Positions 20,130 through 31,353 are shown, counted from the stretch's first letter. The stretch: 64,000 bases of DNA from an uncultured cyanobacterium (GCA_963697335.1 CAVONQ010000018.1:478745-542744); one strand, 5' to 3'. Numbers and translations: made by a program. The notes: generated by a model from the sequence alone, not told the origin.

Positions 20130-20907
20130 GGGCGCCCATGGGGTTGGGGTCCTGGCGCTCCAGGCCACGCTCCAGGGCCTCCACCACCCGCAGGGCAATG
20201 GCATTGAGGGCGGCGTCCTGGCGCCTGGGGTCGCGGAGGGCCGCCTCCAGTACCCCCTCCAGCTTGCCGATCTCCAGGATGGCGATGCCGCGGCGCGGTG
20301 CACCCAGGCCATTCCGGTAGAGCAGCGGGTAGGAGCCGAAGGCCAGGGCCAGGCTCTCGTCAAGGCGGCTCGGGTGGTGGTGCAGCGGGGGAATCAGGCC
20401 CGAGCCAATTCCATCGGGGCCGTAGGCGTCGTAGTGGATCTCCAAGGCGTAGCCGCCAGCAGCGGCGTGGGCTTTACCCACACTCCAGTTGGTGCGTGGG
20501 TCGTCGGCATCGGCAATCGTGCGGGCCGGGGGGTCGTAAAAGCGCACGTTCAGACCGCGCTGCTGGGCCAGCGCCACCACGGCCCGGGCGGTGAGCAGGT
20601 TCCAGTGGAGCTCATCCCGCAGACCCGGCTGCATCGGCCGCGCGCCGAGGAGGCCCACCGCCTCGCCGGGCGTGCCGGCTCCGGCGATGCCCTGGGAGTC
20701 GGCATGGCCGGCCAGCACCAGGATCTCGGTATCGGCCCCCAGGGGCCGCAGGCCCACCCAGTCGCGGTTGGGGCCCAGCCGGCTGCGCGGGCCGGTGAGG
20801 GGGTCGGGGGCGTAGGACTGGGGGGCCCTCGCCGTGGCCCCGGGAGCCAGCAGCATCGCGGTGAGCCCGAGCAGCAGCAGCGGGCGGGCGACGGCGTAAA
20901 GGGCCAT
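20056..20907 (-). CDS. Secreted protein with Amidase_3-like zinc motifs (putative N-acetylmuramoyl-L-alanine amidase)
   Basis: Signal peptide, then ILVLAGH, DE, LEIHYD and ILEIG in Amidase_3 order. Confidence 0.65.
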   Translation of the reverse strand: MALYAVARPLLLLGLTAMLLAPGATARAPQSYAPDPLTGPRSRLGPNRDWVGLRPLGADTEILVLAGHADSQGIAGAGTPGEAVGLLGARPMQPGLRDELHWNLLTARAVVALAQQRGLNVRFYDPPARTIADADDPRTNWSVGKAHAAAGGYALEIHYDAYGPDGIGSGLIPPLHHHPSRLDESLALAFGSYPLLYRNGLGAPRRGIAILEIGKLEGVLEAALRDPRRQDAALNAIALRVVEALERGLERQDPNPMGALSPAPDAARSAAPGRSRPASSGGG

Positions 20908-20941
20908 GGCGATCGGGGCGGAGGGGACTCAGCGGGGCAAC

Positions 20942-21493
20942 TCAGATGGGCGAGCTCAGCAGGTTGCCATCACTGAACAGGCCCAGCTTGGGGCCCAGCT
21001 CCAGTTCCAGGGCGATCAGTTCATCGCGATGGGCCCGCAGGCGCAGGGCACTGCCGGTGGCCTGGTCATGGCTGATCAGGCGCAGCTCCACGGTTTCAGG
21101 CCGCTCTGCCCGGCGCCGATACACCACCCCGGCCAGGGGGCCCAGCAGGATCAGCAACAGCGGCCACCAGAGCAGGCTCGGCTGCACCTGGCGGATCACC
21201 AGGCCCAGGGCGCCCGCCCCCACGCCTCCCAGCAGCGAGAGCAGCAGTGCCAGCGGCGTGCTGGAGCGCACCTGGCCGCGAAAGCGCAGGGAGCGCTGGT
21301 CGGGGTTGCTGGCCTCCGCCATCCAGCCCCGCTGCAGCAGCCAGCCGCTGAGGCTCTCCAGCACCTCGAGGGGCGGCCTGGACGAGCGGACTTCCACGGT
21401 GGTGGTGCGGTCTTTGCTGGCGGCACGCAGGAAGAACACCAGCCCCACCGCCATCAGCAGGGTCAGCACCAGGGTGGAGCCAGAGGAGAGCAT
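20942..21493 (-). CDS. ccb1: Cofactor assembly of complex C subunit B, CCB1-like (DUF3529)
   Basis: STLVLTLLMAVGLVFFLRAASKDRT...FRGQVRSS...HRDELIAL. Real start taken as ATG 21493. Confidence 0.8.
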   Translation of the reverse strand: MLSSGSTLVLTLLMAVGLVFFLRAASKDRTTTVEVRSSRPPLEVLESLSGWLLQRGWMAEASNPDQRSLRFRGQVRSSTPLALLLSLLGGVGAGALGLVIRQVQPSLLWWPLLLILLGPLAGVVYRRRAERPETVELRLISHDQATGSALRLRAHRDELIALELELGPKLGLFSDGNLLSSPI

Positions 21494-21601
21494 GGTCTGC
21501 CGGAATCCCTCTCCATTCTGCTGGCGAGGGGCCCGGGCCGGAGAGCCCCACCCTGGCCGTCCAACATGGACCCTGCTCTCCAGCCTCCAGCCAGCCTCTC
21601 C

Positions 21602-22276
21602 ATGACCGCAGCTCCCACCAGCAACCTTCCCGCCCCGGCGCGCTTCGCCGTCTTTGATGGTGATCTCGATGCGGCCTGGGCGGAGCTCTATGGCGGCGCC
21701 CGTGCCCTGGCGGTGGACACCGAGGCCATGGGCCTGATCCATGGCCGCGACAGGCTCTGCCTGGTGCAGATCTGCGACGACGACGACAACGTGTGCTGCA
21801 TCCGGCTGGCCCGGGGTCAGAGCTCGGCGCCAAGGCTGCAGGCCCTGATGGAGAGCGGAGCCACCGAGAAGGTGTTCCACTTCGCCCGCTTCGATGTGGC
21901 TGCCCTGGCTGAGAACCTCGGCATCGCCGTGGCGCCGATTTTCTGCACCAAGATCGCCAGCCGCCTGGCCCGCACCTACAGCCCCCGGCACGGGCTCAAG
22001 GATGTGGTGCAGGAGCTGGTGGGGGTGGAGCTCGACAAGCGGGCCCAGAGCTCCGACTGGGGCCAGGTGGAGGACCTCAGCGAGGCCCAGCTGGCTTACG
22101 CCGCCGGTGATGTGCGCTACTTGCTGGCCGCCCGCGACCGGCTGGAGCTGATGCTGCGGCGCGAGGAGCGCTGGGCCCTGGCCGAGCGTTGCTTCCAGTG
22201 CCTGCCGGTGTTCTCCGACCTGGATCGCCAGCGGTTCCACCTGCTGTTTGAGCACTCCAGCGGAGGCCAGCGCTGA
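21602..22276 (+). CDS. rnd: Ribonuclease D-like 3'-5' exonuclease
   Basis: AVDTEAMGL, RDRLCLVQ, FHFARFD, TKIASRLART, QSSDW and YAAGDV (DEDDy family). Confidence 0.9.
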   Translation: MTAAPTSNLPAPARFAVFDGDLDAAWAELYGGARALAVDTEAMGLIHGRDRLCLVQICDDDDNVCCIRLARGQSSAPRLQALMESGATEKVFHFARFDVAALAENLGIAVAPIFCTKIASRLARTYSPRHGLKDVVQELVGVELDKRAQSSDWGQVEDLSEAQLAYAAGDVRYLLAARDRLELMLRREERWALAERCFQCLPVFSDLDRQRFHLLFEHSSGGQR

Positions 22277-22297
22277 GCGGCTGGGCCGCGGTGGCGT

Positions 22298-22555
22298 TCA
22301 GTCTTCGAGCATGAAGTGCTCGTCGCGGCCCACCGCCTCCAGCAGGGAGGAGAGCCTGGCGTGGTTGTCGTCGCTGCTGGCGGTGGCCTCGGTGAGCAGC
22401 TCCTCGGCCAGGGCCTGCTTGCCGGCGCTGTCGCGGATGGCCCCGGCGGCGGCCTTCATCTCCACCCGGCGACGGGCGGCGCCCAGGCTCACGCCCATGG
22501 CGCTGGCCAGCCTGGCGCAGGCCGCGTTGTAGGCCCGATCAGGGATGCCTGCCAT
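22298..22555 (-). CDS. Small hypothetical protein
   Basis: Fills the gap between rnd and the next gene; helical protein-like composition ending in FMLED. Confidence 0.7.
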   Translation of the reverse strand: MAGIPDRAYNAACARLASAMGVSLGAARRRVEMKAAAGAIRDSAGKQALAEELLTEATASSDDNHARLSSLLEAVGRDEHFMLED

Positions 22556-22647
22556 GGAGTTGCCCGCAGGGGGTGGGTGATCCTCCAGTATCCCAGCCAC
22601 TCCGCCTCGACCCCTGGGCGGATTCCCACTGTCTCAGCAGCGAGGCT

Positions 22648-23907
22648 TCAGGATCCGGCCAGGAGTCGCTGCTCCAGAAGCACGGCCAGCCGTTGGCTAC
22701 CCCCGGCCGTTCCCATGCGTCGCCGTCCGATCCGGCCCAGGGTCTGCCGCAGGGCTGGGTCGGCCAGGAGTGTGCTGAGGCGCTCCGCCAATTCCTGGGG
22801 GCTGTGGCAGGGCTGCACGGCGCCGCCCAGCAGACGGCTCTGGCGCCGCGCGAAGCCCGCCTTGAACTGGGGGCCAGGGCCCGGCAGTGACAGCACCGGC
22901 ACGCCAAGCCCGGCGAGCTGCTCGGTGGCGGTGCCGGCCGTGGCCAGCCCCACCTCGGCCCAGCCGGCCCACTGCTGGAAGCGGCCTGGACCCAACAGCA
23001 CCTGCAGCTCACCCCTCCGCCAGCTGGCGATGGCGCCGCAGGCCTCCGGCTCCGGCGTCAGTGCGCCCCCCTCCAGGCCATGGTGGCGCAGCAGCTGGTC
23101 CCATTCGTTCGAATCGGGTCTGGCAGCGCTCGCCAGCAGCAGCGTCGTGGGGCACGTCGGCTCCCAGGCCTTCAGCACCCCCAGCAGCCTGGAGGCATTG
23201 CGCAGCGATTCCTGCTCCCGGCTGCCTGGCAGCAGCAGCAGCCGTTGCCGTCGGGCCAGCCAGGCCGGCGGCGCTGGCTGCTGCTCCAGGCCATCCAGCA
23301 TGGGGTTGCCCGGGGCCAGGGCGGCAACCCCATGCCGGCGCAGGCCCCGGGCCGTGAAGCGGTCCCGCACGGCCACCATCCGGCAGCGCTGATGGCGCAT
23401 CAGAGCCCATTCCCAGGGATCCCATTCGCTTCCCTTGCAGGCGTGGTAGCGGTCGGCCACGGGGCTGCTGCCCCAGCCGGCAGGGGGCGCTGTGGCCCAG
23501 GTGAAATCGCTCTTCGGGGTGCCGATGAAGCCGTAGGCAGCGCCACTGGCCCAGGCCAGCAGCAGGGGCAGCAGATCCCCCACCGCCAGCAACGGCGCAC
23601 CGCTGCGTCCCCAGGCCCGCACCCAGCGCCATTGATGCCAGCTGAGCTGGGCCAGCCCGGCGAGCAGGTCCTGGCCCAGGCCCCCGAGGCTCTGGTTGGA
23701 AAAGCCGCCGCTGGGCAAGGGGCTGCGGGGCCCCACCAGCTGGAGCTGGCCCGCTGCGGCCGCAGCGGCGAAGACCCGGCCCTCGCCCACCAGGGGCAGC
23801 ACCCGCACGGGACGCTCGGGCTGGTGGCGCCGCAGGGCCTGCACCACCCGCAGGGCGATCAGATCCTCTCCGTGGCCGTTGCTCAGAACCAGCAGCGGGA
23901 GAGGCAT
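22648..23907 (-). CDS. Lipid-A-disaccharide synthase-related glycosyltransferase
   Basis: LSNGHGED, LPSGGF, AVGD, GNPM, LLPGSR and AGTATEQ motifs (GT-B, LpxB-like). Confidence 0.85.
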   Translation of the reverse strand: MPLPLLVLSNGHGEDLIALRVVQALRRHQPERPVRVLPLVGEGRVFAAAAAAGQLQLVGPRSPLPSGGFSNQSLGGLGQDLLAGLAQLSWHQWRWVRAWGRSGAPLLAVGDLLPLLLAWASGAAYGFIGTPKSDFTWATAPPAGWGSSPVADRYHACKGSEWDPWEWALMRHQRCRMVAVRDRFTARGLRRHGVAALAPGNPMLDGLEQQPAPPAWLARRQRLLLLPGSREQESLRNASRLLGVLKAWEPTCPTTLLLASAARPDSNEWDQLLRHHGLEGGALTPEPEACGAIASWRRGELQVLLGPGRFQQWAGWAEVGLATAGTATEQLAGLGVPVLSLPGPGPQFKAGFARRQSRLLGGAVQPCHSPQELAERLSTLLADPALRQTLGRIGRRRMGTAGGSQRLAVLLEQRLLAGS

Positions 23908-23951
23908 GCCATGGCTGATACGATCCGCTCACGGGAGTTTGCTCCCTGGCC

Positions 23952-24022
23952 GGCGGCATGGCCAAGTGGTAAGGCAGAGGATTGCAAATCCTTTACCCCC
24001 AGTTCGAATCTGGGTGCCGCCT
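23952..24022 (+). tRNA. trnC: tRNA-Cys(GCA)
   Basis: GGCGGCATGGCCAAGTGGTAAGGCA-GAGGA-TTGCAAA-TCCTT...CAGTTCGAATCTG...TGCCGCCT. Confidence 0.96.
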
Positions 24023-24048
24023 CTTCTTGAACTGCCGGGCGGCAGGCG

Positions 24049-24594
24049 CTAGGGGGCTGCCTCGGCGATCCAGGAACCTCCCTCCCGGCTGCTGGCATCG
24101 CAGCGCACCCGGTCGCGCTCCAACACGCAACTGCCCTGCACCAGGTGGGTCTGGGGCAGCCCCATGATCAACCCCCGGTCGTCGTAGCGGCTGTCCGCCA
24201 CCGTGCTCACCAGCAGCCGCGTCGGCCACTGGGGCTCGCACTGGCCATTGGCGGAGCAGCGCATGGCGGGATGCCCCTCCTTGAGTTGGCCCACGAACAG
24301 CAGCTCCTCGGCCCTTGCCTGGGATCCGACAGCCTCCACCTGGAACCGCACCGTGAGCAGGCCGGCCAGGTTTTGATCCAGGCGCACAGCCTGGCAGTTC
24401 TGCTCGCGTCGGTTGATCTGCAGATCGCAGTGGCGTGTGGCGCTGGTCCAGCGCCCAAAGCCCTCGGCCCGCACTCCCTGGCGCCCAGCCAGGAGGCCGG
24501 CCAGCCCGGCTGTCGCCAGCAGCAGGCCCGCAGCCCCGCCCAGCCAGGGCGCCCAGCCTGCCCCCCCGGGGCTCGGTGGCCTGGCAGACCTCAG
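24049..24594 (-). CDS. Hypothetical secreted protein with six Cys (probable CTG start)
   Basis: Signal-like MRSARPP...GLLLATAGLAGLLAGRQGVRA. In-frame CTG at 24594 overlaps the upstream TGA (CTGA). Confidence 0.65.
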   Translation of the reverse strand: MRSARPPSPGGAGWAPWLGGAAGLLLATAGLAGLLAGRQGVRAEGFGRWTSATRHCDLQINRREQNCQAVRLDQNLAGLLTVRFQVEAVGSQARAEELLFVGQLKEGHPAMRCSANGQCEPQWPTRLLVSTVADSRYDDRGLIMGLPQTHLVQGSCVLERDRVRCDASSREGGSWIAEAAP

Positions 24595-24761
24595 TAGCCC
24601 GAATCGGCCACGCAGAACCCCTGGCAGCTGATGCCATTGCTGGCGGTGCGGCCACAGTGGTTGCAGAGCACCGGCTCGGCGCCGGCCGCTGGCGGAGAGG
24701 AACTGGAACAAGGCACTTCGGCAGGCTGGCTGGAGGAGTCGGGCGTTGGCAGCGCGCTCAT
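24591..24761 (-). CDS. Small 4-Cys protein (CxxC-x9-CxxxC)
   Basis: Low-complexity N-terminus, then CNHCGRTASNGISCQGFCVADSGY. Confidence 0.7.
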   Translation of the reverse strand: MSALPTPDSSSQPAEVPCSSSSPPAAGAEPVLCNHCGRTASNGISCQGFCVADSGY

Positions 24762-24796
24762 CTTGGACTCTTTCACCCCGGGCTCGATTCCACACC

Positions 24797-25777
24797 ATGG
24801 CGCATTCCTCCCCCTCCCTGCCCGCCGCTCCCGGCATCGGGGTGGGCACCTGGGCCTGGGGCAATCAGCTGCTCTGGGGCTATGACCCCAGCCAGGACGC
24901 CACCCTGCAAGCCACGTTCCAGCGGGCGGTGGCGCTGGGCCTGCACTGGTTCGACACGGCGGACTCCTATGGCACCGGGCGCCTGACCGGCCGCAGTGAG
25001 CAGTTGCTGGGTCGCTTCTGTGCGGCCCTGCCGCCGGACCAGAGGGAACGCCTCCTGGTGGCCACCAAGCTGGCCCCCTTCCCCTGGCGGTTGGGCCGCG
25101 GTGGCTTCCGCCAGGCGTTTGCCGCCTCGCGCCGTCGCCTGCAGGGGAAGCTCGACCGGGTCCAGCTGCACTGGAGCACGGCCCGCTATGCCCCCTGGCA
25201 GGAGGGGCCGCTGCTGGAGGGCCTGGCCGATCTGGTGCGTGAGGCTGAGGTGGCGGAGCTGGGGGTGTCCAACGTGGGCCCGCGGCGGTTGCGCCAGATG
25301 CATCAGCGCCTGGCGGCCCGGGGCGTGCGGCTCGCGAGCGTGCAGGTGCAGCTCTCGCTGCTCTCGCCGGCTCCCATCGAACCAGGTGGCGTGTCCGAGG
25401 TGTGCCGGGAGCTGGGCATCGAGCTGATCGCCTACAGCCCCCTGGCCCTAGGGCTGCTGGCGGCCGGTGACGAGACGCCGCCCCCAGCAGGAGCCCGGGG
25501 GGCCCTGTTCCGCCGCTTGGCGCCCCAGCTGGCTCCGTTGCGTGAGGCCATGGCCGCGATGGCTCAGCGCCGTGCTGCCCCGGCGGCGGCCGTGGCGCTC
25601 AACTGGTGCCGCTCCCACGGCGCCATGCCGATTCCCGGACTGCGCAGCCCCGCCCAGGCTGAAGCGGCTGCCGCCGCAGGCCAATGGCAGCTGGAGACGG
25701 CTGAGCGCGAGTTGCTTGATGAACTGGCTGCTGGGCTGCTGCGCAGGATGCCCGCCAACCCCCTGGCCAGCGCCTGA
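24797..25777 (+). CDS. Aldo/keto reductase
   Basis: GVGTWAWG, FDTADSYG, SEQLLG, VATK, LGVSN, IAYSPLALG and PIPG motifs. Confidence 0.92.
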   Translation: MAHSSPSLPAAPGIGVGTWAWGNQLLWGYDPSQDATLQATFQRAVALGLHWFDTADSYGTGRLTGRSEQLLGRFCAALPPDQRERLLVATKLAPFPWRLGRGGFRQAFAASRRRLQGKLDRVQLHWSTARYAPWQEGPLLEGLADLVREAEVAELGVSNVGPRRLRQMHQRLAARGVRLASVQVQLSLLSPAPIEPGGVSEVCRELGIELIAYSPLALGLLAAGDETPPPAGARGALFRRLAPQLAPLREAMAAMAQRRAAPAAAVALNWCRSHGAMPIPGLRSPAQAEAAAAAGQWQLETAERELLDELAAGLLRRMPANPLASA

Positions 25778-25786
25778 TCCTGCTGA

Positions 25787-26434
25787 TCAGAAGGGGGAGG
25801 GCGCCGGCGTGAGCACCACGGGCAACACCTCGGGGTGGGGCGTCTCCCCGTCGGCTGGGGCTGGCACACTGCCGCGGTTGACGGCCTCCCTGGCTGCTGC
25901 CTGGGTTCCCCGCTCTGGGCCGCAGGCCTCCAGGGCCTCCTTGAGCAGGGAGTCGAAGGTGGCACCGGGCAGACGGTGGCGGGCCAGCTCCATGAAGGCC
26001 CTGGAGAGGGATTCCCCAGCGGCGGCCCGCAGGGCTGGATTGTTGCGGCGGAGCTCCTGCTCCTCGGCGATGGCGCGGATGAACCGCTCAGTCACATCCC
26101 GCTTGGTGCTGGCCCGGATACGGGTGTCGAGTTCGGTCTGGGTGAGGCTGAGCTGGCCCTCCAGTTCAGCCAGCCGGCGCAGCAGGCTCTCCAGCACTTC
26201 GCGGGCCTCCTTGGCGATATGGGCCAACTGGCCGTCGGAGAGCCGCGGTAGATCAGCCACGTACACCTTGCCGTGGTCGCGCAGGGTCAGGAAGGTGGGC
26301 CGCAGGCCACTGCGGCTCGTGCCGGGATGGCCCTCCCGCGGCCGAATCGGCCGAATCGGTGGCACCGGACCGGCCGAGCTGCGGCGGCGGGTGATGCGGG
26401 AACCGGAGGTGAAGGGAGGCTGCGACTGATTCAT
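25787..26434 (-). CDS. Hypothetical helical/coiled-coil protein
   Basis: Gap-filling ORF with protein-like composition (RPTFLTLRDHGKVYVADLPRLSDGQLAH...); start ATG 26434. Confidence 0.75.
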   Translation of the reverse strand: MNQSQPPFTSGSRITRRRSSAGPVPPIRPIRPREGHPGTSRSGLRPTFLTLRDHGKVYVADLPRLSDGQLAHIAKEAREVLESLLRRLAELEGQLSLTQTELDTRIRASTKRDVTERFIRAIAEEQELRRNNPALRAAAGESLSRAFMELARHRLPGATFDSLLKEALEACGPERGTQAAAREAVNRGSVPAPADGETPHPEVLPVVLTPAPSPF

Positions 26435-26528
26435 GCGTTGATGCGGTGGGCGGTGGGAGGCGAACGAACTGGAGATGGGGCGGGCCCCCTCAATCTGCCA
26501 GTGCAGCGGCGGCGGTGGCTGGTGCCGC

Positions 26529-27569
26529 TCAGAGCGGCAACCCGGCCAGGACTGGAGCCGCGCTCGGATCGTCAGCGGCCCGCACCTCTCCCAGGGGCCA
26601 GGCCGCGTATCCCGTGGTGGCACAGCAGGCCAGAGCCTCCTCCAGCGCCTCAGGCGGCACCACCAGGCAAAACCCCACGCCCTGGTTGAAGGTGTTCCAG
26701 AGGTCGGCCTCCGGCACATCGCCGGCCTCCTGCAGCCAGCGAAACACGGCCGGGCGTTGCCAGCTCTGGGGATCGATGCTCGCCTGGAGCCCCGGCGGCA
26801 GGCAGCGAGGCAGGTTTTCGGGCAGCCCTCCGCCGGTGATGTGGGCCATGCCCCGCACGGGGATGGCGCTGGCCAGCAAGGCCTTCACCAGGCCGCCGTA
26901 GAGGCGGGTCGGGGTGAGCAGGGTGTCGATCAGGGCGCGGTCACTGCCAGGCAGTGGGGTGTCGGCCCCGGCGCCGCTGGCCTCCAGGATCCGCCGAACC
27001 AGGCTGAAGCCGTTGCTGTGGACGCCGCTGCTGGCGATCCCCACAATCCGGTCGCCGGCCTGGATCCGGGCGCCATCGATCAGGGCGTCGGCCTCCACCA
27101 CGGCCACACAGAAGCCGGCCAGGTCGTAGCGCCCGGGGCCGTAGAAGCCGGGCATCTCCGCCGTTTCTCCCCCCAGCAGGGCACAGCCGCTCTGGCTGCA
27201 GCCAGCGGCGATGCCCTCCACCACCGCCGCCATCGCCTCAGGGCTGAGCTTGCCGGTGGCGATGTAATCGAGAAAAAACAGCGGCTCGGCGCCGGTGGTG
27301 ATCACGTCGTTGACGCACATCGCCACCAGGTCAAGGCCTACCCCGTGGTGGCTCTGGTGGGCCTGGGCCAGCTCCAGTTTGGTGCCCACGCCGTCCGTGC
27401 CTGACACAAGCAGGGGGTCCTTGAGCCCGGCAGGCAGCCGGCAGAGGCCGCCGAAGCCCCCGAGCCCGCCCACCACCTCGGGCCGTCGGGTGGCCTCCAC
27501 CGAGCTGCGGATGCGATCGACAAAGGCGCGACCGGCCACCACGTCCACCCCGGCAGTGCGGTAATCCAT
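26529..27569 (-). CDS. purM: Phosphoribosylformylglycinamidine cyclo-ligase (AIR synthetase)
   Basis: [36 protein letters not shown] and HITGGG motifs. Confidence 0.97.
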   Translation of the reverse strand: MDYRTAGVDVVAGRAFVDRIRSSVEATRRPEVVGGLGGFGGLCRLPAGLKDPLLVSGTDGVGTKLELAQAHQSHHGVGLDLVAMCVNDVITTGAEPLFFLDYIATGKLSPEAMAAVVEGIAAGCSQSGCALLGGETAEMPGFYGPGRYDLAGFCVAVVEADALIDGARIQAGDRIVGIASSGVHSNGFSLVRRILEASGAGADTPLPGSDRALIDTLLTPTRLYGGLVKALLASAIPVRGMAHITGGGLPENLPRCLPPGLQASIDPQSWQRPAVFRWLQEAGDVPEADLWNTFNQGVGFCLVVPPEALEEALACCATTGYAAWPLGEVRAADDPSAAPVLAGLPL

Positions 27570-27983
27570 CGCTTTCAGCCAGCGTTCACGGCACCGATCC
27601 TCCGATGCCGCCGGCCAGGGTGCCTCAGGCAGGTCCAGCCGAGGCATGGGCCGGCTGATGGGTTGGCCGGTTGCACGATCGGCACAAGCTTGAATCAGTT
27701 TGGCTTATCACCTTGATCGGATCGGCTGATGATTGCCGGGTCCAGAACAGCTCCCAATCCCAGTCTGTGGCTTGCGAGTGCGCTCTGATCATGAATTCTG
27801 ATCAAATTCCTTGTAGCGGAAAGCGCCAAAACCCGGCTTGGGTTGCCCTTACTTTGGCGAGGTTGTTGTTCAGGTTCAGGAATTCCGCAGGCAAATGTCC
27901 TTCCACTGAAAGCTTTTAGCTGGGAGTTACCAATGCCTACGAACCTCACTCAGGTTGCTGTTCTGCAGCGGATTTCGCTTGTT

Positions 27984-28487
27984 ATGCGTCGCACTCTTTC
28001 CTTCGGGGCCCTGGCCCTCACCCTGGCCGCCGGCGCCGTAGTTCCCGCCCTGGCCGCCGACCCCAGCAGCCTCAACGCTGCTGAGCAGTCCCAGGGTCTG
28101 GCCATCCTCGACAGCGAGTTCTCCCCGGCTCCCTTTGAGGGGCTGAACAAGCTGGCCCCTTCCGTTCGGATCGCCACCAGCAACCCCGACGTGGTCAAGG
28201 TGATCCGGGGTCAGGCCAGCTGGTACGGCCCCGGCTTCTTCGGAAACCGCACCGCCAATGGTGAGCACTTCCGCCCTGGCACCCTCACGGCGGCCCACCG
28301 CACCCTGCCTTTCGGCACCAAGGTGCGCGTCACCAATCTGCGCAACGGCCGCACCACGGTGGTGCGCATCAACGACCGCGGCCCCTTCCATGGCAACCGG
28401 GTGATCGACCTGGCCCACGGCGCCGCCCATGAGGTGGGTCTGGTGTCATCCGGACTGGCTCCGGTGAAGCTCGAAGTGCTGCGCTGA
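27984..28487 (+). CDS. rlpA: Septal ring lytic transglycosylase RlpA family (DPBB domain)
   Basis: Signal peptide; GQASWYG, TANGE, TAAHRTLPFGT, VRINDRGPF and IDL motifs. Confidence 0.92.
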   Translation: MRRTLSFGALALTLAAGAVVPALAADPSSLNAAEQSQGLAILDSEFSPAPFEGLNKLAPSVRIATSNPDVVKVIRGQASWYGPGFFGNRTANGEHFRPGTLTAAHRTLPFGTKVRVTNLRNGRTTVVRINDRGPFHGNRVIDLAHGAAHEVGLVSSGLAPVKLEVLR

Positions 28488-28538
28488 GATCCGGCCCCGC
28501 ACCGGACCCCTGCCTCAACAGCCGGGACCGCTTCCAGG

Positions 28539-30146
<1,608 letters not shown>

Positions 30147-30193
30147 GGCCAGCCGCTGCCCCTGATGCAGGGTCCCACCTGCCGGCGACGCAT

Positions 30194-30685
30194 TCAGTGC
30201 GGCCGCAGCGTCTCCAGCAGCCCCGCGCAGGCGTCCTCCAGCAGATCGAGCACCTGCTCAAAGCCCTCGGGGCCGCCGTAGTAGGGGTCGGGCACCGCCT
30301 TGGCCGTGTTCCGCCGGCAGAACCGGGTCAGGGGGGTGATGCGGGCCCGGTTGGAGCCGGATTGGGCCCGCTGGCTGAGGGCCCTCACCTGGGCGAGGTT
30401 GTCGTCGTCCATGGTGAGGATGTGGTCGAAGTCGCTGATGTCGGCGAGCTGGATCTGGCGGGCCCGGCTGGTGAGCTGAATGCCCCGCCTGGCGGCGGCC
30501 GCCTGCATGCGCTCGTCCGGCGGGTGGCCCCGATGCCAGCCGCCGGTTCCGGCGGAGTCGACCAGGAAGTGATCCTGGAGCTGCTCGAGGGCCAGCTGAT
30601 GCAGGAACACGCCCTCGGCGGCGGGGGAGCGGCAGATGTTGCCCAGGCAGACGAACAGCACTCGGGTGGGTTGGGAGGACGTCAT
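30194..30685 (-). CDS. ptpA: Low-molecular-weight protein-tyrosine phosphatase
   Basis: VLFVCLGNICRSP, DSAGT and VPDPYYGG motifs. Confidence 0.95.
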   Translation of the reverse strand: MTSSQPTRVLFVCLGNICRSPAAEGVFLHQLALEQLQDHFLVDSAGTGGWHRGHPPDERMQAAAARRGIQLTSRARQIQLADISDFDHILTMDDDNLAQVRALSQRAQSGSNRARITPLTRFCRRNTAKAVPDPYYGGPEGFEQVLDLLEDACAGLLETLRPH

Positions 30686-31353
30686 GGTGTGGCCAGCCGC
30701 TGCAGGGCCAAGGCGGCGCGTTGGCGCACCACCGGGGGATTGCCGGCCTCCTCCAGCGCCAGCCTGCCCAGGCCGTCCCGGCACTGCCGCAGGCTCTCGG
30801 AGGGCGCTGGCAGGCCCGGAGCCAGGGATTCCAGTCCCACGGCCACCGCGTAGCGCACCACCCACTCGCCATCGAGGCTGGCGGCCAGCAGCGCCTCAAG
30901 GCATCGCTGCTGCACGGCCTGGGCCCGCTGCGGCGGCAACGCCGCCAGCTCCAGCTGGCCCAGGCCCCGGGCGGCAGCGCGCCGCACACTGGCGGCCACA
31001 TCGGTGCCAAGCGCCTCGATCAGCAGCTCCAGGCCCCGGACGTCGCGGATTCCGGCCAGGGCCCGCACCGCCCAGGCCCGGGCGCCGTAGTTCTCGGCAT
31101 CGAGCTGGAGCAGGGCTTCCACGGCCCCCTCGCCGATGCCTACCAGCCCCTCCACGGCGGCGACGGCCGCGCCGGGGTTGTTGAAGCCGAGCACCTTCAC
31201 CAGGGTGGCCGCGGCCTGGGGATCACTGCGGCTGGCCAGGGCCCGGGTGGCCTGCGCCAGGGCCAGGCTGCTGTCGGCCTGTTCCACCGCCTCGATCAGG
31301 CGGTCCAGCTCATGGCTTGTCTGGGGCTGGATGGCGCCGTTCATGCCGCTCAC
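30682..31353 (-). CDS. cpcF: Phycocyanin alpha-subunit phycocyanobilin lyase subunit F (HEAT repeats)
   Basis: LGFNNPGAAVAAVEGL, NYGARAWAVRALAGI, SVRRAAARGLG and EWVVRYA motifs. Confidence 0.9.
   Translation of the reverse strand: MSGMNGAIQPQTSHELDRLIEAVEQADSSLALAQATRALASRSDPQAAATLVKVLGFNNPGAAVAAVEGLVGIGEGAVEALLQLDAENYGARAWAVRALAGIRDVRGLELLIEALGTDVAASVRRAAARGLGQLELAALPPQRAQAVQQRCLEALLAASLDGEWVVRYAVAVGLESLAPGLPAPSESLRQCRDGLGRLALEEAGNPPVVRQRAALALQRLATP

Noticed and set aside
26340..26359. Short tandem repeat GGCCGAATC
   Set aside because: Only two copies, encoding IRP-IRP in a disordered N-terminus, with no sign of a functional array.
27860..27983. c-di-GMP or c-di-AMP riboswitch upstream of rlpA (GGCAAA...GAAA)
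   Set aside because: The remaining consensus elements and pairings could not be built by eye. Left as an unassigned leader.
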